A DNA stretch of 63,922 nt from a virus (Duplodnaviria; Caudoviricetes), in IMG/VR virus record IMGVR_UViG_3300035670_000198, positions 1 to 63,922 of that record, one strand, 5' to 3'. The notes beneath the pieces are model-generated. The model saw only the letters and a program-made list of their open reading frames with translations. It was not told where the DNA came from and made no database searches. A program made the translations under genes and the position numbers. Below are positions 31,437 through 39,651 of the stretch, one piece after another (the stretch's first letter is position 1; each line of letters begins with the position of its first letter).

Positions 31437-34087
31437 TCGATCTTTACAACTATTTGACCGCCTGTAGGTACAACTACTGGGTAGTTGGCAGAGTCAGGAT
31501 ACACATATGTATCTACTGGTGTTGGTGGAACATATGGTGCTGGTTCTCCAGCATTGTATCCTGCAATATTTCCTGGAGCATTATAGTTTGCGCTTGCGCC
31601 AGCACCACCTGGGAAATAAACACCAAGAACATTTGTTGGGCTTCCTGCTGTACCAAGAATTGGTGGGTTATACGTTGCAGGATTGCCAGCATTATATGAT
31701 GCGGCTGTATTACCTGAATAAGTTGCTACGTTTCTTGGATTATAAGTTGCAGGATTACCAGCATTGTATGAAGCAATATTATTGCCAGTAAATGTTGCAG
31801 GTGAAGGTGGATTATAACTTGCTGGATTGCCAGCGTTGTAATTAGCAAGATTGTTGCCAGTATAAGTTGCAGGATTTCCAGCATTGTATGAAGCAGCGCT
31901 GCCAGCATTATAATTGGCAAGAGTGTTTCCTGAATAAGAAGCAATGCTTCCAGGATTGTAAGATGCGACATTTCCTGCGTTATATCCAGAAACATTGTTG
32001 CCAGTATAACTTGCAGCAGAGCCAGCATTATACACAGCAGACCCAGGATTATATGCTGCTATGTTTCTTGGATTATACGTCGCTGTTGTGCCAGCGTTGT
32101 AGTTAGCGTTGTTGCCAACATAACCAGAAATATTTGTTGGATTATATGATGCTGGTGATCCAGAATTATAATTTGCTGATCCAGGATTATAACCAGAAAC
32201 GTTTCTTGGATTATATGAAGCAACAGTTCCAGGATTATAGTTTGCACTATTGCCAGAATATCCAGAAACATTGTTGCCAGTATAAGAAGCAGGTGAACCT
32301 GTGTTGTAATTAGCAGAACCTGGATTATAATTTGCTACTGTCGGTGGATTGTATGAAGCAACAGTTCCAGGATTATAGTTAGCAGATCCAGGATTATAGT
32401 TTGCTACTGTTGGTGGGTTGTAACTTGCTGGAGTTCCAGCATTGTAATTCGCTGATCCTGGATTATAGCTGGCAACATTTCTTGGATTATAAGTTGCAAC
32501 TGTTCCAGCGTTATAGTTTGCTGTACCTGGATTGTAATTCGCAATAGTTCTTGGATTATAAGTTGCTACAGTACCAGCATTATAGTTCGCAGTTCCTGTG
32601 TTATAATTTGCCACTGTTGGTGGGTTATATGACGCTGGGTTTCCAGGATTATAATTTGCTACACCTGGATTGTATCCGCCAGTCGCGTTTCCAGGTGATC
32701 CTGGAATTGATGAGTAATAAATGTAGACATACAAATTGATTGCTTCGTGCGGACCTGCTGCTGGATTACCATATGCATCGGTTGGGGCTGGAGCTGGTCC
32801 TGATCCAGATTGCGGATAATATTGAAATCCAATTTGAACAGGATCTTCATAGAAGAAATAATCAAATCCAAAATCATGAACATAGAATGTTCCAAACCAG
32901 TTTGTTGCTGTCGGTGGATTATATACTTGAGTGTTGCTAGAATAGCCAGCAATGTTTCTTGTATTATAAGTTGCGGGATTTCCAGGAGTAAAGTTGGCGT
33001 TGTTACCAGAATATCCAGCAACGTTTCTTGGATTATAAGTCGCCGCCGTTCCAGGATTATAGTTTGCTGTGTTACCAGAATACCCAGCAACGTTTCTTGG
33101 ATTATATGTTGCTGCAGTGCCAGGATTGTAATTTGCAGTATTTCCTGAGTATCCTGCTACGTTGCGAGGATTATATGATGCTGGATTGCCTGGAGTGAAG
33201 TTGGCATTGTTACCAGAATATCCAGCAACGTTACGAGGATTATATGTTGCAGCGTTTCCTGGAGTAAAGTTGGCGTTGTTACCAGAATATCCAGAAACAT
33301 TTGTAGGATTATAACTTGCTGGAGAACCAGTATTGTAGTTAGCCGAGCCAGGATTATAACCAGAAACGTTTCGCGGATTATATGATGCTACATTGCCCGC
33401 ATTATAATTTGCACTATTCCCAGAATATCCAGCAATATTGTTGCCAGTATAAGATGCTGGAGAACCTGTGTTATATGTCGCGCTTCCCGCGTTATATCCT
33501 GCTACGTTTCTTGGATTGTAAGTAGCAGGAGTGCCAGCATTATAGTTGGCATTGTTGCCAGTAAATCCAGAAACGTTTGTCGGATTATATGATGCGATGT
33601 TACCAGTGTTATAACCAGCAACGTTGCGAGGATTGTAACTGGCAATATTATTGCCAGAATAAGACGCTGCGCTTCCTGAGTTATAATTTGCATTGTTGCC
33701 ACTATATGAGGCGACATTGTTGCCAGAATAGGAAGCAGGATTCCCAGAATTATAGTTGGCATTGTTGCCAGTATAAGATGCTGGGACTGGCGGATTGTAA
33801 CTTGCTGGGTTGCCAGCGTTATAGGTCGCAGCATTATTGCCAGAATAAGATGCCGTGGTTCCAGCGTTATATGTTGCAGGGCTACCTGAATTGTAGGTTG
33901 CTGCGCTGTTTCCTGTATATGTGGCTGGTGTTCCTGGAGTTGCGTTAGTACCTGTGCCTGCGCGTCCAGAGACTGAAGCATTGAATCGACCGTATGGGAT
34001 CGTTATGCTGGATGTATTATTGAAAGTGGTTGTGTTTCGAAATGCCGAACCGATCCAGCTTTTCAACAGGTCTGTGTGTATGGGCAT
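31433..34087 (-). CDS. Tyr/Asn/Gly/Pro 7-8-mer repeat protein (884 aa) with a central non-repeat domain
   Basis: N-cap IPYGR..VSGRAG; 44 repeat units, ~70-aa insert, 44 units; C-cap GVYFPGG...VPTGGQIVVKID. Confidence 0.9.
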   Translation of the reverse strand: MPIHTDLLKSWIGSAFRNTTTFNNTSSITIPYGRFNASVSGRAGTGTNATPGTPATYTGNSAATYNSGSPATYNAGTTASYSGNNAATYNAGNPASYNPPVPASYTGNNANYNSGNPASYSGNNVASYSGNNANYNSGSAASYSGNNIASYNPRNVAGYNTGNIASYNPTNVSGFTGNNANYNAGTPATYNPRNVAGYNAGSATYNTGSPASYTGNNIAGYSGNSANYNAGNVASYNPRNVSGYNPGSANYNTGSPASYNPTNVSGYSGNNANFTPGNAATYNPRNVAGYSGNNANFTPGNPASYNPRNVAGYSGNTANYNPGTAATYNPRNVAGYSGNTANYNPGTAATYNPRNVAGYSGNNANFTPGNPATYNTRNIAGYSSNTQVYNPPTATNWFGTFYVHDFGFDYFFYEDPVQIGFQYYPQSGSGPAPAPTDAYGNPAAGPHEAINLYVYIYYSSIPGSPGNATGGYNPGVANYNPGNPASYNPPTVANYNTGTANYNAGTVATYNPRTIANYNPGTANYNAGTVATYNPRNVASYNPGSANYNAGTPASYNPPTVANYNPGSANYNPGTVASYNPPTVANYNPGSANYNTGSPASYTGNNVSGYSGNSANYNPGTVASYNPRNVSGYNPGSANYNSGSPASYNPTNISGYVGNNANYNAGTTATYNPRNIAAYNPGSAVYNAGSAASYTGNNVSGYNAGNVASYNPGSIASYSGNTLANYNAGSAASYNAGNPATYTGNNLANYNAGNPASYNPPSPATFTGNNIASYNAGNPATYNPRNVATYSGNTAASYNAGNPATYNPPILGTAGSPTNVLGVYFPGGAGASANYNAPGNIAGYNAGEPAPYVPPTPVDTYVYPDSANYPVVVPTGGQIVVKID

Positions 34088-34115
34088 CTATACCAAAATC
34101 CATTGCTAGTTTGGA

Positions 34116-34129
34116 TATTTAGTATTTAC
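34116..34129 (-). promoter_or_regulatory. Tandem late promoter variants (GTAAATA-CTAAATA)
   Basis: Intergenic, upstream of the 884-aa gene. Confidence 0.65.
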
Positions 34130-34133
34130 CGAA

Positions 34134-35102
34134 TCAATCGTATCGATCAGGAATTTCCCAGTCATTGACCACATCTGGAGGGAGAAGAATACTCCTCGAG
34201 ATGGCTCTATTTTCCAGTTTTCGATTGATATAATCGACGCCAGAATACTTACGATATTCTTCGAAGAACTCGTCGCTGAAACTATCCAAGAAATTGCGAA
34301 ATTCTTTTCTAGATTTTTCTCGATTTCTATTGAGTTGTTCGTGCGAGACAACCTGATTCACATCTTGTTTAGTGATATATCGGTGTGTATCTGTCAAGTG
34401 ATAGCAATGAATTCTTCTTGGAGCGCAAAGTTTATATCCAGCCGCAAATGAAGCCAGCGTCATATATTGTTCTTCGCCCTCAAAGAAAATGCGAGGATTC
34501 ATCCCAACGTTTCTCAACCAATCACTATGTGTGAAGAAGTTTCCAGCAAATAAGTGAATGGTTGGGTGTAGATGATCTTGTGTCGCTTCTCGAAACTCTC
34601 CGTGAGCGCCAAGAATATAATTCTCATGGAAAGACCAATATCCTGCTTTGACAGTAATATTGCCATGACGATCAAGGAATGGCGTTCCATCCTCTTGCAT
34701 TCTAAATGAACCACAATTCGCGTCAATGATGATTCGATCAGTTTGATGCTGTTGCATTCCAAGTTTGAAATCATTGATCAAATAGCGATCCCAATTCTTA
34801 TCAAAAAGCATATGAGAGTCTACTTGATAGTAGAACTCTTCATCATCGAGTTGAATCGAATTTAGATGTCTTGCCCAACCAACGCCATCTGAGAATTTGG
34901 CATCAATTCTTTTATATCGAACATTTTTATTTTGAGCAAGATCTGGATATTTGGCTTCTAGGCTATCAGCATAGTCAGTTTGTTCAAAGACGCCATAAGT
35001 TATTTTTGTCAGTTGAGATTGCATCTCCATCATATTGCGTAGAGTTTGGTGGAGAAGCGGATCTCTATATGAGACGATACTGACAAAAATTTTCATTAGC
35101 AA
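34134..35102 (-). CDS. GT60-family GlcNAc transferase ([Skp1]-hydroxyproline N-acetylglucosaminyltransferase-like)
   Basis: IFVSIVSYRD...GVFEQ...GVGWAR...EEFYYQVDSHMLFDKNWD...FAGNFF...FFEGEE...AGY...YH. Confidence 0.88.
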   Translation of the reverse strand: MLMKIFVSIVSYRDPLLHQTLRNMMEMQSQLTKITYGVFEQTDYADSLEAKYPDLAQNKNVRYKRIDAKFSDGVGWARHLNSIQLDDEEFYYQVDSHMLFDKNWDRYLINDFKLGMQQHQTDRIIIDANCGSFRMQEDGTPFLDRHGNITVKAGYWSFHENYILGAHGEFREATQDHLHPTIHLFAGNFFTHSDWLRNVGMNPRIFFEGEEQYMTLASFAAGYKLCAPRRIHCYHLTDTHRYITKQDVNQVVSHEQLNRNREKSRKEFRNFLDSFSDEFFEEYRKYSGVDYINRKLENRAISRSILLPPDVVNDWEIPDRYD

Positions 35103-35671
35103 CCCCTCTTACCCATTACCCATACGTTCAATGACTTTCTCGTTCCAGAAGTGATTGGTACGATTCTTGACGGCATCCATGGAGCATAAAATACTACGCT
35201 ACCAAGATTTGGTTTGATTGGCATGACTTCATTCGGATCGCCAGTATTCATGATCTCAATTTCACCCCCCAAATATTCTTCTGGGTCAGTAAGCATAATC
35301 GATGCGCAGATCTTTCGTTCCCAATTTAGAAACGCGAAGTCAACATCGTAATGCCAACCATATTCTTGATTCTTTTTATATTTGGCATATTGAAATGCAT
35401 CGAAGCCGTCGATATCATACATGAAGAAATCGATATTGATACGACCAATAAGTCCAGAAAACTTATCAAAAAGCCACTGAGTGTCTTGATTTGGCGGTAG
35501 GACTGCTAGATCTGCTTGATTCTTGCCATTTGTTTGTTCTTTAGAAAACATAAGTTTCTTTTCTAAAGAAGTTACTTTATCGACTTCTTCTTGCGTCAGA
35601 AAGTCTGAAACAACAGCAAATTTAGAGAGGATACGATTGTATTTGACAACTTGAGGCATAACGAACTCCAC
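35096..35671 (-). CDS. 2OG-Fe(II) oxygenase paralog lacking the distal His
   Basis: IDGFDAFQY...YGWHYD...RKICASIMLTDP...MPSRIVPITSGTRKSL; clear paralog of 30790..31392. Confidence 0.88.
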   Translation of the reverse strand: MEFVMPQVVKYNRILSKFAVVSDFLTQEEVDKVTSLEKKLMFSKEQTNGKNQADLAVLPPNQDTQWLFDKFSGLIGRINIDFFMYDIDGFDAFQYAKYKKNQEYGWHYDVDFAFLNWERKICASIMLTDPEEYLGGEIEIMNTGDPNEVMPIKPNLGSVVFYAPWMPSRIVPITSGTRKSLNVWVMGKRGC

Positions 35672-35695
35672 TATTCATGATCAACTATTATAACC

Positions 35696-35703
35696 TATTT
35701 ATT
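35696..35703 (-). promoter_or_regulatory. Late promoter variant (AATAAATA)
   Basis: Overlaps the stop of the 538-aa gene; GGAG SD downstream. Confidence 0.55.
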
Positions 35704-37315
35704 CGATTCTTACAACTATTTGTCCACCTGATGGAACTTCAATTGCGTGATTTCGATAATCAATTTCTTGGTTCTCAAAGTAATAACTAATCTCTTGCTC
35801 ATTGACATAAACGCCAGGAGCGCAAACACCACCACCTGGGAAGTAAACACCAAACGCATATCCAGGTTCTCCAGGAGTTCCTGGGATTGGGAAGTTATAA
35901 GTGCTTGCACTTCCTGGATTATACGTTGCTACAAAGTTTCCAGTGTAACTTGCAATATTGTTGCCAGTATATGTTGCTGGATTACCAGAGTTATAACCAG
36001 AAACAAAGTTAGAAGTGTAAGACGCTGGGTTGCCAATATTATATGATGGAGGTGGTGCTGGATTGTATCCACTAATTGTGTTGCCAGTATATGTTGCTGG
36101 GCTACCAGAATTGTAGTTGGCATTGTTGCCAGTATATCCACTGATCGTATTTCCAGAGAAACCGCCCACAAACGTTTCATTATATGTTGCTGGACTTCCA
36201 GCGTTATAATTGGCATTATTTCCAGTATATGCACCAATTACATTTCCAGAGAAACCACCAACAAACGTTGGATTGTATGTGGCTGGATTACCTTCATTGT
36301 ATGTTGCTGGATTGCCGCCAGGGGCAAATCCAGCAGAGAAGTTTCCTGTGTAATTTCCAGCATTACCTGTATTATAATTTACATTGTTGCCTGAATAGTT
36401 ACCAACAGTAGAAGGATTATAGTTTGCTATGTTACCAATATAATCCGCAACGTTTCCTGGATTATAGTTGGCAGGTGGGCTTGCTGATGGCGTACACTCG
36501 TAATTGGTAACTGTATATTCAATAATTTCTGGAGTTCCAGGAGGTGGACCATAAAAACTTGTTGGAGTTGGGCAGCTTGGATCGCTTCCGCTTCCATAAT
36601 AAGTGCCGCTACCAATTGGGCTACCATCAAACGCAAATACGATTGAATAATTTGTAGTAGAGTTCCAAGTCACACCACCAGCAGCAGGATTATACCCTGC
36701 AACACTTGTTGGGTTATAACCTGAAATGTTTGTTGGGTTGTATGTAGCAACATTTCTTGGGTTGTATGATGCAATGTTTCCAGGAACATAGAAAGCATTT
36801 CCTGGAGTAAATTCTAGAGGATTATACCCAGTGATTGTTGGTTCATTATATGTCGCAGGATTACCGCCAGAAAGAACTGGATTGTATGTTGCATTGTTAC
36901 CAATGTAACCATCTAACGTGCCAGCATTATATTCAGCAGTTGCAGTTCCAGAAGTTCCAGGCTCATTACTTATTACACTGTATGTAATATAAATGTTTTG
37001 ACCAATAGCCTCATGCGGACCTGCTGCTGGATTGGCGTAAACATTTACTGGATCAGGCAGCGTGGGCGTTGTCAAAAATTGAGGATAGTATTGAAATCCA
37101 ATTTGTACTGGATCATCGAAGAAAAACTCAAGCTGTCCATTGTCATTACTAAAAAATGATGCGCTCCAATACACCAATCCACCGCCTGATGGTGGATTAT
37201 ATACCTGCACGTTTCCAGTATACGAAGCAACACCTTCGTTATAACCTGCAAGATTTCCTCCAGTACTTGGATTATATGTCGCAGGATTTCCTGGTTCGTA
37301 GATAGCAGTAGACAT
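35699..37315 (-). CDS. Tyr/Asn/Gly/Pro repeat protein, C-terminal half of a split paralog
   Basis: Starts MSTAIYEPG; two non-repeat inserts; C-cap GVYFPGG...VPSGGQIVVRIE homologous to the 884-aa C-cap; no N-cap. Confidence 0.88.
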   Translation of the reverse strand: MSTAIYEPGNPATYNPSTGGNLAGYNEGVASYTGNVQVYNPPSGGGLVYWSASFFSNDNGQLEFFFDDPVQIGFQYYPQFLTTPTLPDPVNVYANPAAGPHEAIGQNIYITYSVISNEPGTSGTATAEYNAGTLDGYIGNNATYNPVLSGGNPATYNEPTITGYNPLEFTPGNAFYVPGNIASYNPRNVATYNPTNISGYNPTSVAGYNPAAGGVTWNSTTNYSIVFAFDGSPIGSGTYYGSGSDPSCPTPTSFYGPPPGTPEIIEYTVTNYECTPSASPPANYNPGNVADYIGNIANYNPSTVGNYSGNNVNYNTGNAGNYTGNFSAGFAPGGNPATYNEGNPATYNPTFVGGFSGNVIGAYTGNNANYNAGSPATYNETFVGGFSGNTISGYTGNNANYNSGSPATYTGNTISGYNPAPPPSYNIGNPASYTSNFVSGYNSGNPATYTGNNIASYTGNFVATYNPGSASTYNFPIPGTPGEPGYAFGVYFPGGGVCAPGVYVNEQEISYYFENQEIDYRNHAIEVPSGGQIVVRIE

Positions 37316-39645
37316 TAGTAAGTTAGAACCCCATTAGCATAGAAATTTGGGCTAGACTTATACTTATTATTGAATGTATAGACCGTATATGGATAGTTGA
37401 TTGAAACAATCGCATTGATTCGAACTGCGTTGCCATTCTTATCAACAAAACTATCGCCCACTTGTACCTTCGCCACATCACCCAAAGATCTATATCCTTG
37501 CATTGTCAAGTTTGGATTCATAGAAGCATAACCCTTTCCAATGACGAAGAATGGGTGATCATCAGACGCTCTGACAGAAATGCTATTTTCTAGAATGTAT
37601 TCAAACATCACTCTGTTCACGCGAGTGATAATCTCTGAAACTTCGTTTGTTTCATGCTCGCCTGTATCTGGGTTATACGACAAGATTTGATCACCAACTT
37701 GAATTGTTTCAATTGCCTTGGTTGAACCATCAGCCATTGAGATGAGCGTGTCACCAGCAAAGCAGCAACCACCGCCACCAATTGGTGTTGGCTCATTATA
37801 ACCACCAATTGTTGGTTCGTTATACGTCGCCACTGTGCCTTCGTTGTATGTTGCAGCAGTGCCTTCGTTGTATAGTGCAGTTCCTGCGTTATAAACCTCA
37901 GTGCTTCCACTTGGATTATATCCTGAAATAGTATTTCCAGTGTAACTTCCTACTGTGCCTGGATTATAATTTGCGATATTTCCAGCAACATAATTTGCAA
38001 TTGAGCCTTCGTTATAAATTCCTGTGGCGTTATTGCTGATGTAATTAGCAATGGTTCCCTCATTATAAATTTGTGCACCAGGAGTATTGAATGTTGCGGT
38101 AAAGTTTCCAGTATAAGTTGCAGGATTACCTGTATTATAATCCGCAATTCCTGGATTATACACAGCATTACCGCTATTGTATCCAGCAACACTAGTTGGA
38201 TTATATGTTGCTGGACTTCCAGTATTATAATCACCAACCCCTGTATTGTACAACGCATTACCGCTATTGTAGCCACCAATATTGGTTGGAGTGAATGACG
38301 CTGGATTGCCAGTATTATAGTTTGGATCAGCAGATCCAGGTGGATTATATCCAGAAATTGTAGCAAAGGAGCAGTCAGTGAATGGAGTGCCTGGAGTAAA
38401 TACTGCTGAATTGCCAACAAAGCTGTTTATATTACCAGCATTATAGATAGCAGTGCCTTGATTATAATTGGCATTATTATCTGCATAAGTAATTGCATTA
38501 CCAGCAGTAAATCCTGAAGGGTTGCCAGTATTATAATTCGCATTGTTTCCAGTATATCCACCAATGATATTGCCACCATAAGTGGCTGGTGTTCCAACAT
38601 TATATGCGCTTGCTGTTCCTGGATTATATCCAGAAATATTTGTTGCATTATAACTGCTTGGATTGCCAGTATTATAGTTTGCACTGTTGCCAGTATATGT
38701 TGCAGGATTTCCTGGAACTGCTGGAGAGCAATCGTAGTAGATGATATAAGAATAAACTTGTGCTCCACCACCAACCACGAATCCTGGGAAATTTGGAAAA
38801 TTGCTTGGTGTTACAACAGTCGTTGAGTCTCTCAGAGGACATCCAACAGAAGTCCCCGTACCCTCAAAGGCGAGTTGCTCATAATAGAAATAATCTTCGT
38901 CGAAAATTGTTTCAATAATAACACCATACCAGTTTACAGTGGCTGGATTATATGTGAGTGGACTACCTGCGTTATATCCTGAAATTGTATTACCAGTAAA
39001 CCCAACAGGATTGCCAGTATTATAATTCGCATTATTGCCTGAATAAGCAGAGATACTATTTGAACCGTTGACATATGTTGCAGGATTTCCTGGAGTATAC
39101 GTCGCAGTTCCAGTATTATATCCATTGATATTTCTTACATTATAACCACCAGGTGTAGCGGCATTATAAGTTGTGCCGACACCAACGTTATAACCTGCAA
39201 CATTTGTTGCGTTATATCCAGAAATGTTGCCAGCATTATATTGAGCGCCACCTGCGCTTCCTGAGTTATATCCTGTTATGACTGCTGGGTTGAATCCAGT
39301 CCCACAAGGATTATAGATTGCGTTGTTACCACCACTAGCTGGAATTTCAGTATTTCCAGTATATGACGCAGGATTACCAAAATTATAATTAGCACTGTTA
39401 CCAGTATATGAGGCAGTGAATCCTGGATTATATGTTGCAGCAACGCCAGAGTTATATGAGGCTGCGCTGTTGCCAGTGTAAGTTGCAATGTTTCCAGGAA
39501 CTGGACAGTTACCTGATCCACCACGACCTGAAACGTAAAGACGATTTCGACCATATGGAACAAACATATTTCCATATGTGTTGAATACAGTGGAACCGCG
39601 TGTAGCGGTCCATGTTTTTTCTAATTCATCAATACGCTTTGGCAT
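37315..39645 (-). CDS. Tyr/Asn/Gly/Pro repeat protein, N-terminal half of a split paralog, with C-terminal Hint domain
   Basis: N-cap VPYGR..VSGRGG homologous to the 884-aa N-cap; ends in a Hint domain; no C-cap. Confidence 0.9.
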   Translation of the reverse strand: MPKRIDELEKTWTATRGSTVFNTYGNMFVPYGRNRLYVSGRGGSGNCPVPGNIATYTGNSAASYNSGVAATYNPGFTASYTGNSANYNFGNPASYTGNTEIPASGGNNAIYNPCGTGFNPAVITGYNSGSAGGAQYNAGNISGYNATNVAGYNVGVGTTYNAATPGGYNVRNINGYNTGTATYTPGNPATYVNGSNSISAYSGNNANYNTGNPVGFTGNTISGYNAGSPLTYNPATVNWYGVIIETIFDEDYFYYEQLAFEGTGTSVGCPLRDSTTVVTPSNFPNFPGFVVGGGAQVYSYIIYYDCSPAVPGNPATYTGNSANYNTGNPSSYNATNISGYNPGTASAYNVGTPATYGGNIIGGYTGNNANYNTGNPSGFTAGNAITYADNNANYNQGTAIYNAGNINSFVGNSAVFTPGTPFTDCSFATISGYNPPGSADPNYNTGNPASFTPTNIGGYNSGNALYNTGVGDYNTGSPATYNPTSVAGYNSGNAVYNPGIADYNTGNPATYTGNFTATFNTPGAQIYNEGTIANYISNNATGIYNEGSIANYVAGNIANYNPGTVGSYTGNTISGYNPSGSTEVYNAGTALYNEGTAATYNEGTVATYNEPTIGGYNEPTPIGGGGCCFAGDTLISMADGSTKAIETIQVGDQILSYNPDTGEHETNEVSEIITRVNRVMFEYILENSISVRASDDHPFFVIGKGYASMNPNLTMQGYRSLGDVAKVQVGDSFVDKNGNAVRINAIVSINYPYTVYTFNNKYKSSPNFYANGVLTY
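37318..37764 (-). other. Hint (Hedgehog/intein) domain, 149 aa, no endonuclease, no terminal His-Asn
   Basis: GGGGC|CFAGDTLISMADGSTKAIETIQVGD...SDDHPF...VGD...VYTF...NFYANGVLTY*. Confidence 0.9.
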
Positions 39646-39651
39646 CTTTTA

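Noticed and set aside
31650-33922. DNA inverted repeat as the cause of the mirror symmetry
   Set aside because: Both arms encode units in the same N-to-C orientation and paired units differ. The symmetry is in unit order and class at protein level, not in reverse-complement DNA.
37311-37320. Simple frameshift error hiding an intact intein
   Set aside because: The 8 nt TACTAATG between the Thr and Ser codons cannot give His-Asn-Ser by one change, and TAATG coupling also occurs at gp14/gp15 and gp4/gp2. Reads should still be checked.
31433-39645. Ice-nucleation protein similarity (AGY.. octamers)
   Set aside because: No AGYGSTxT or TxT ladder, mixed 7/8 periodicity and many prolines.
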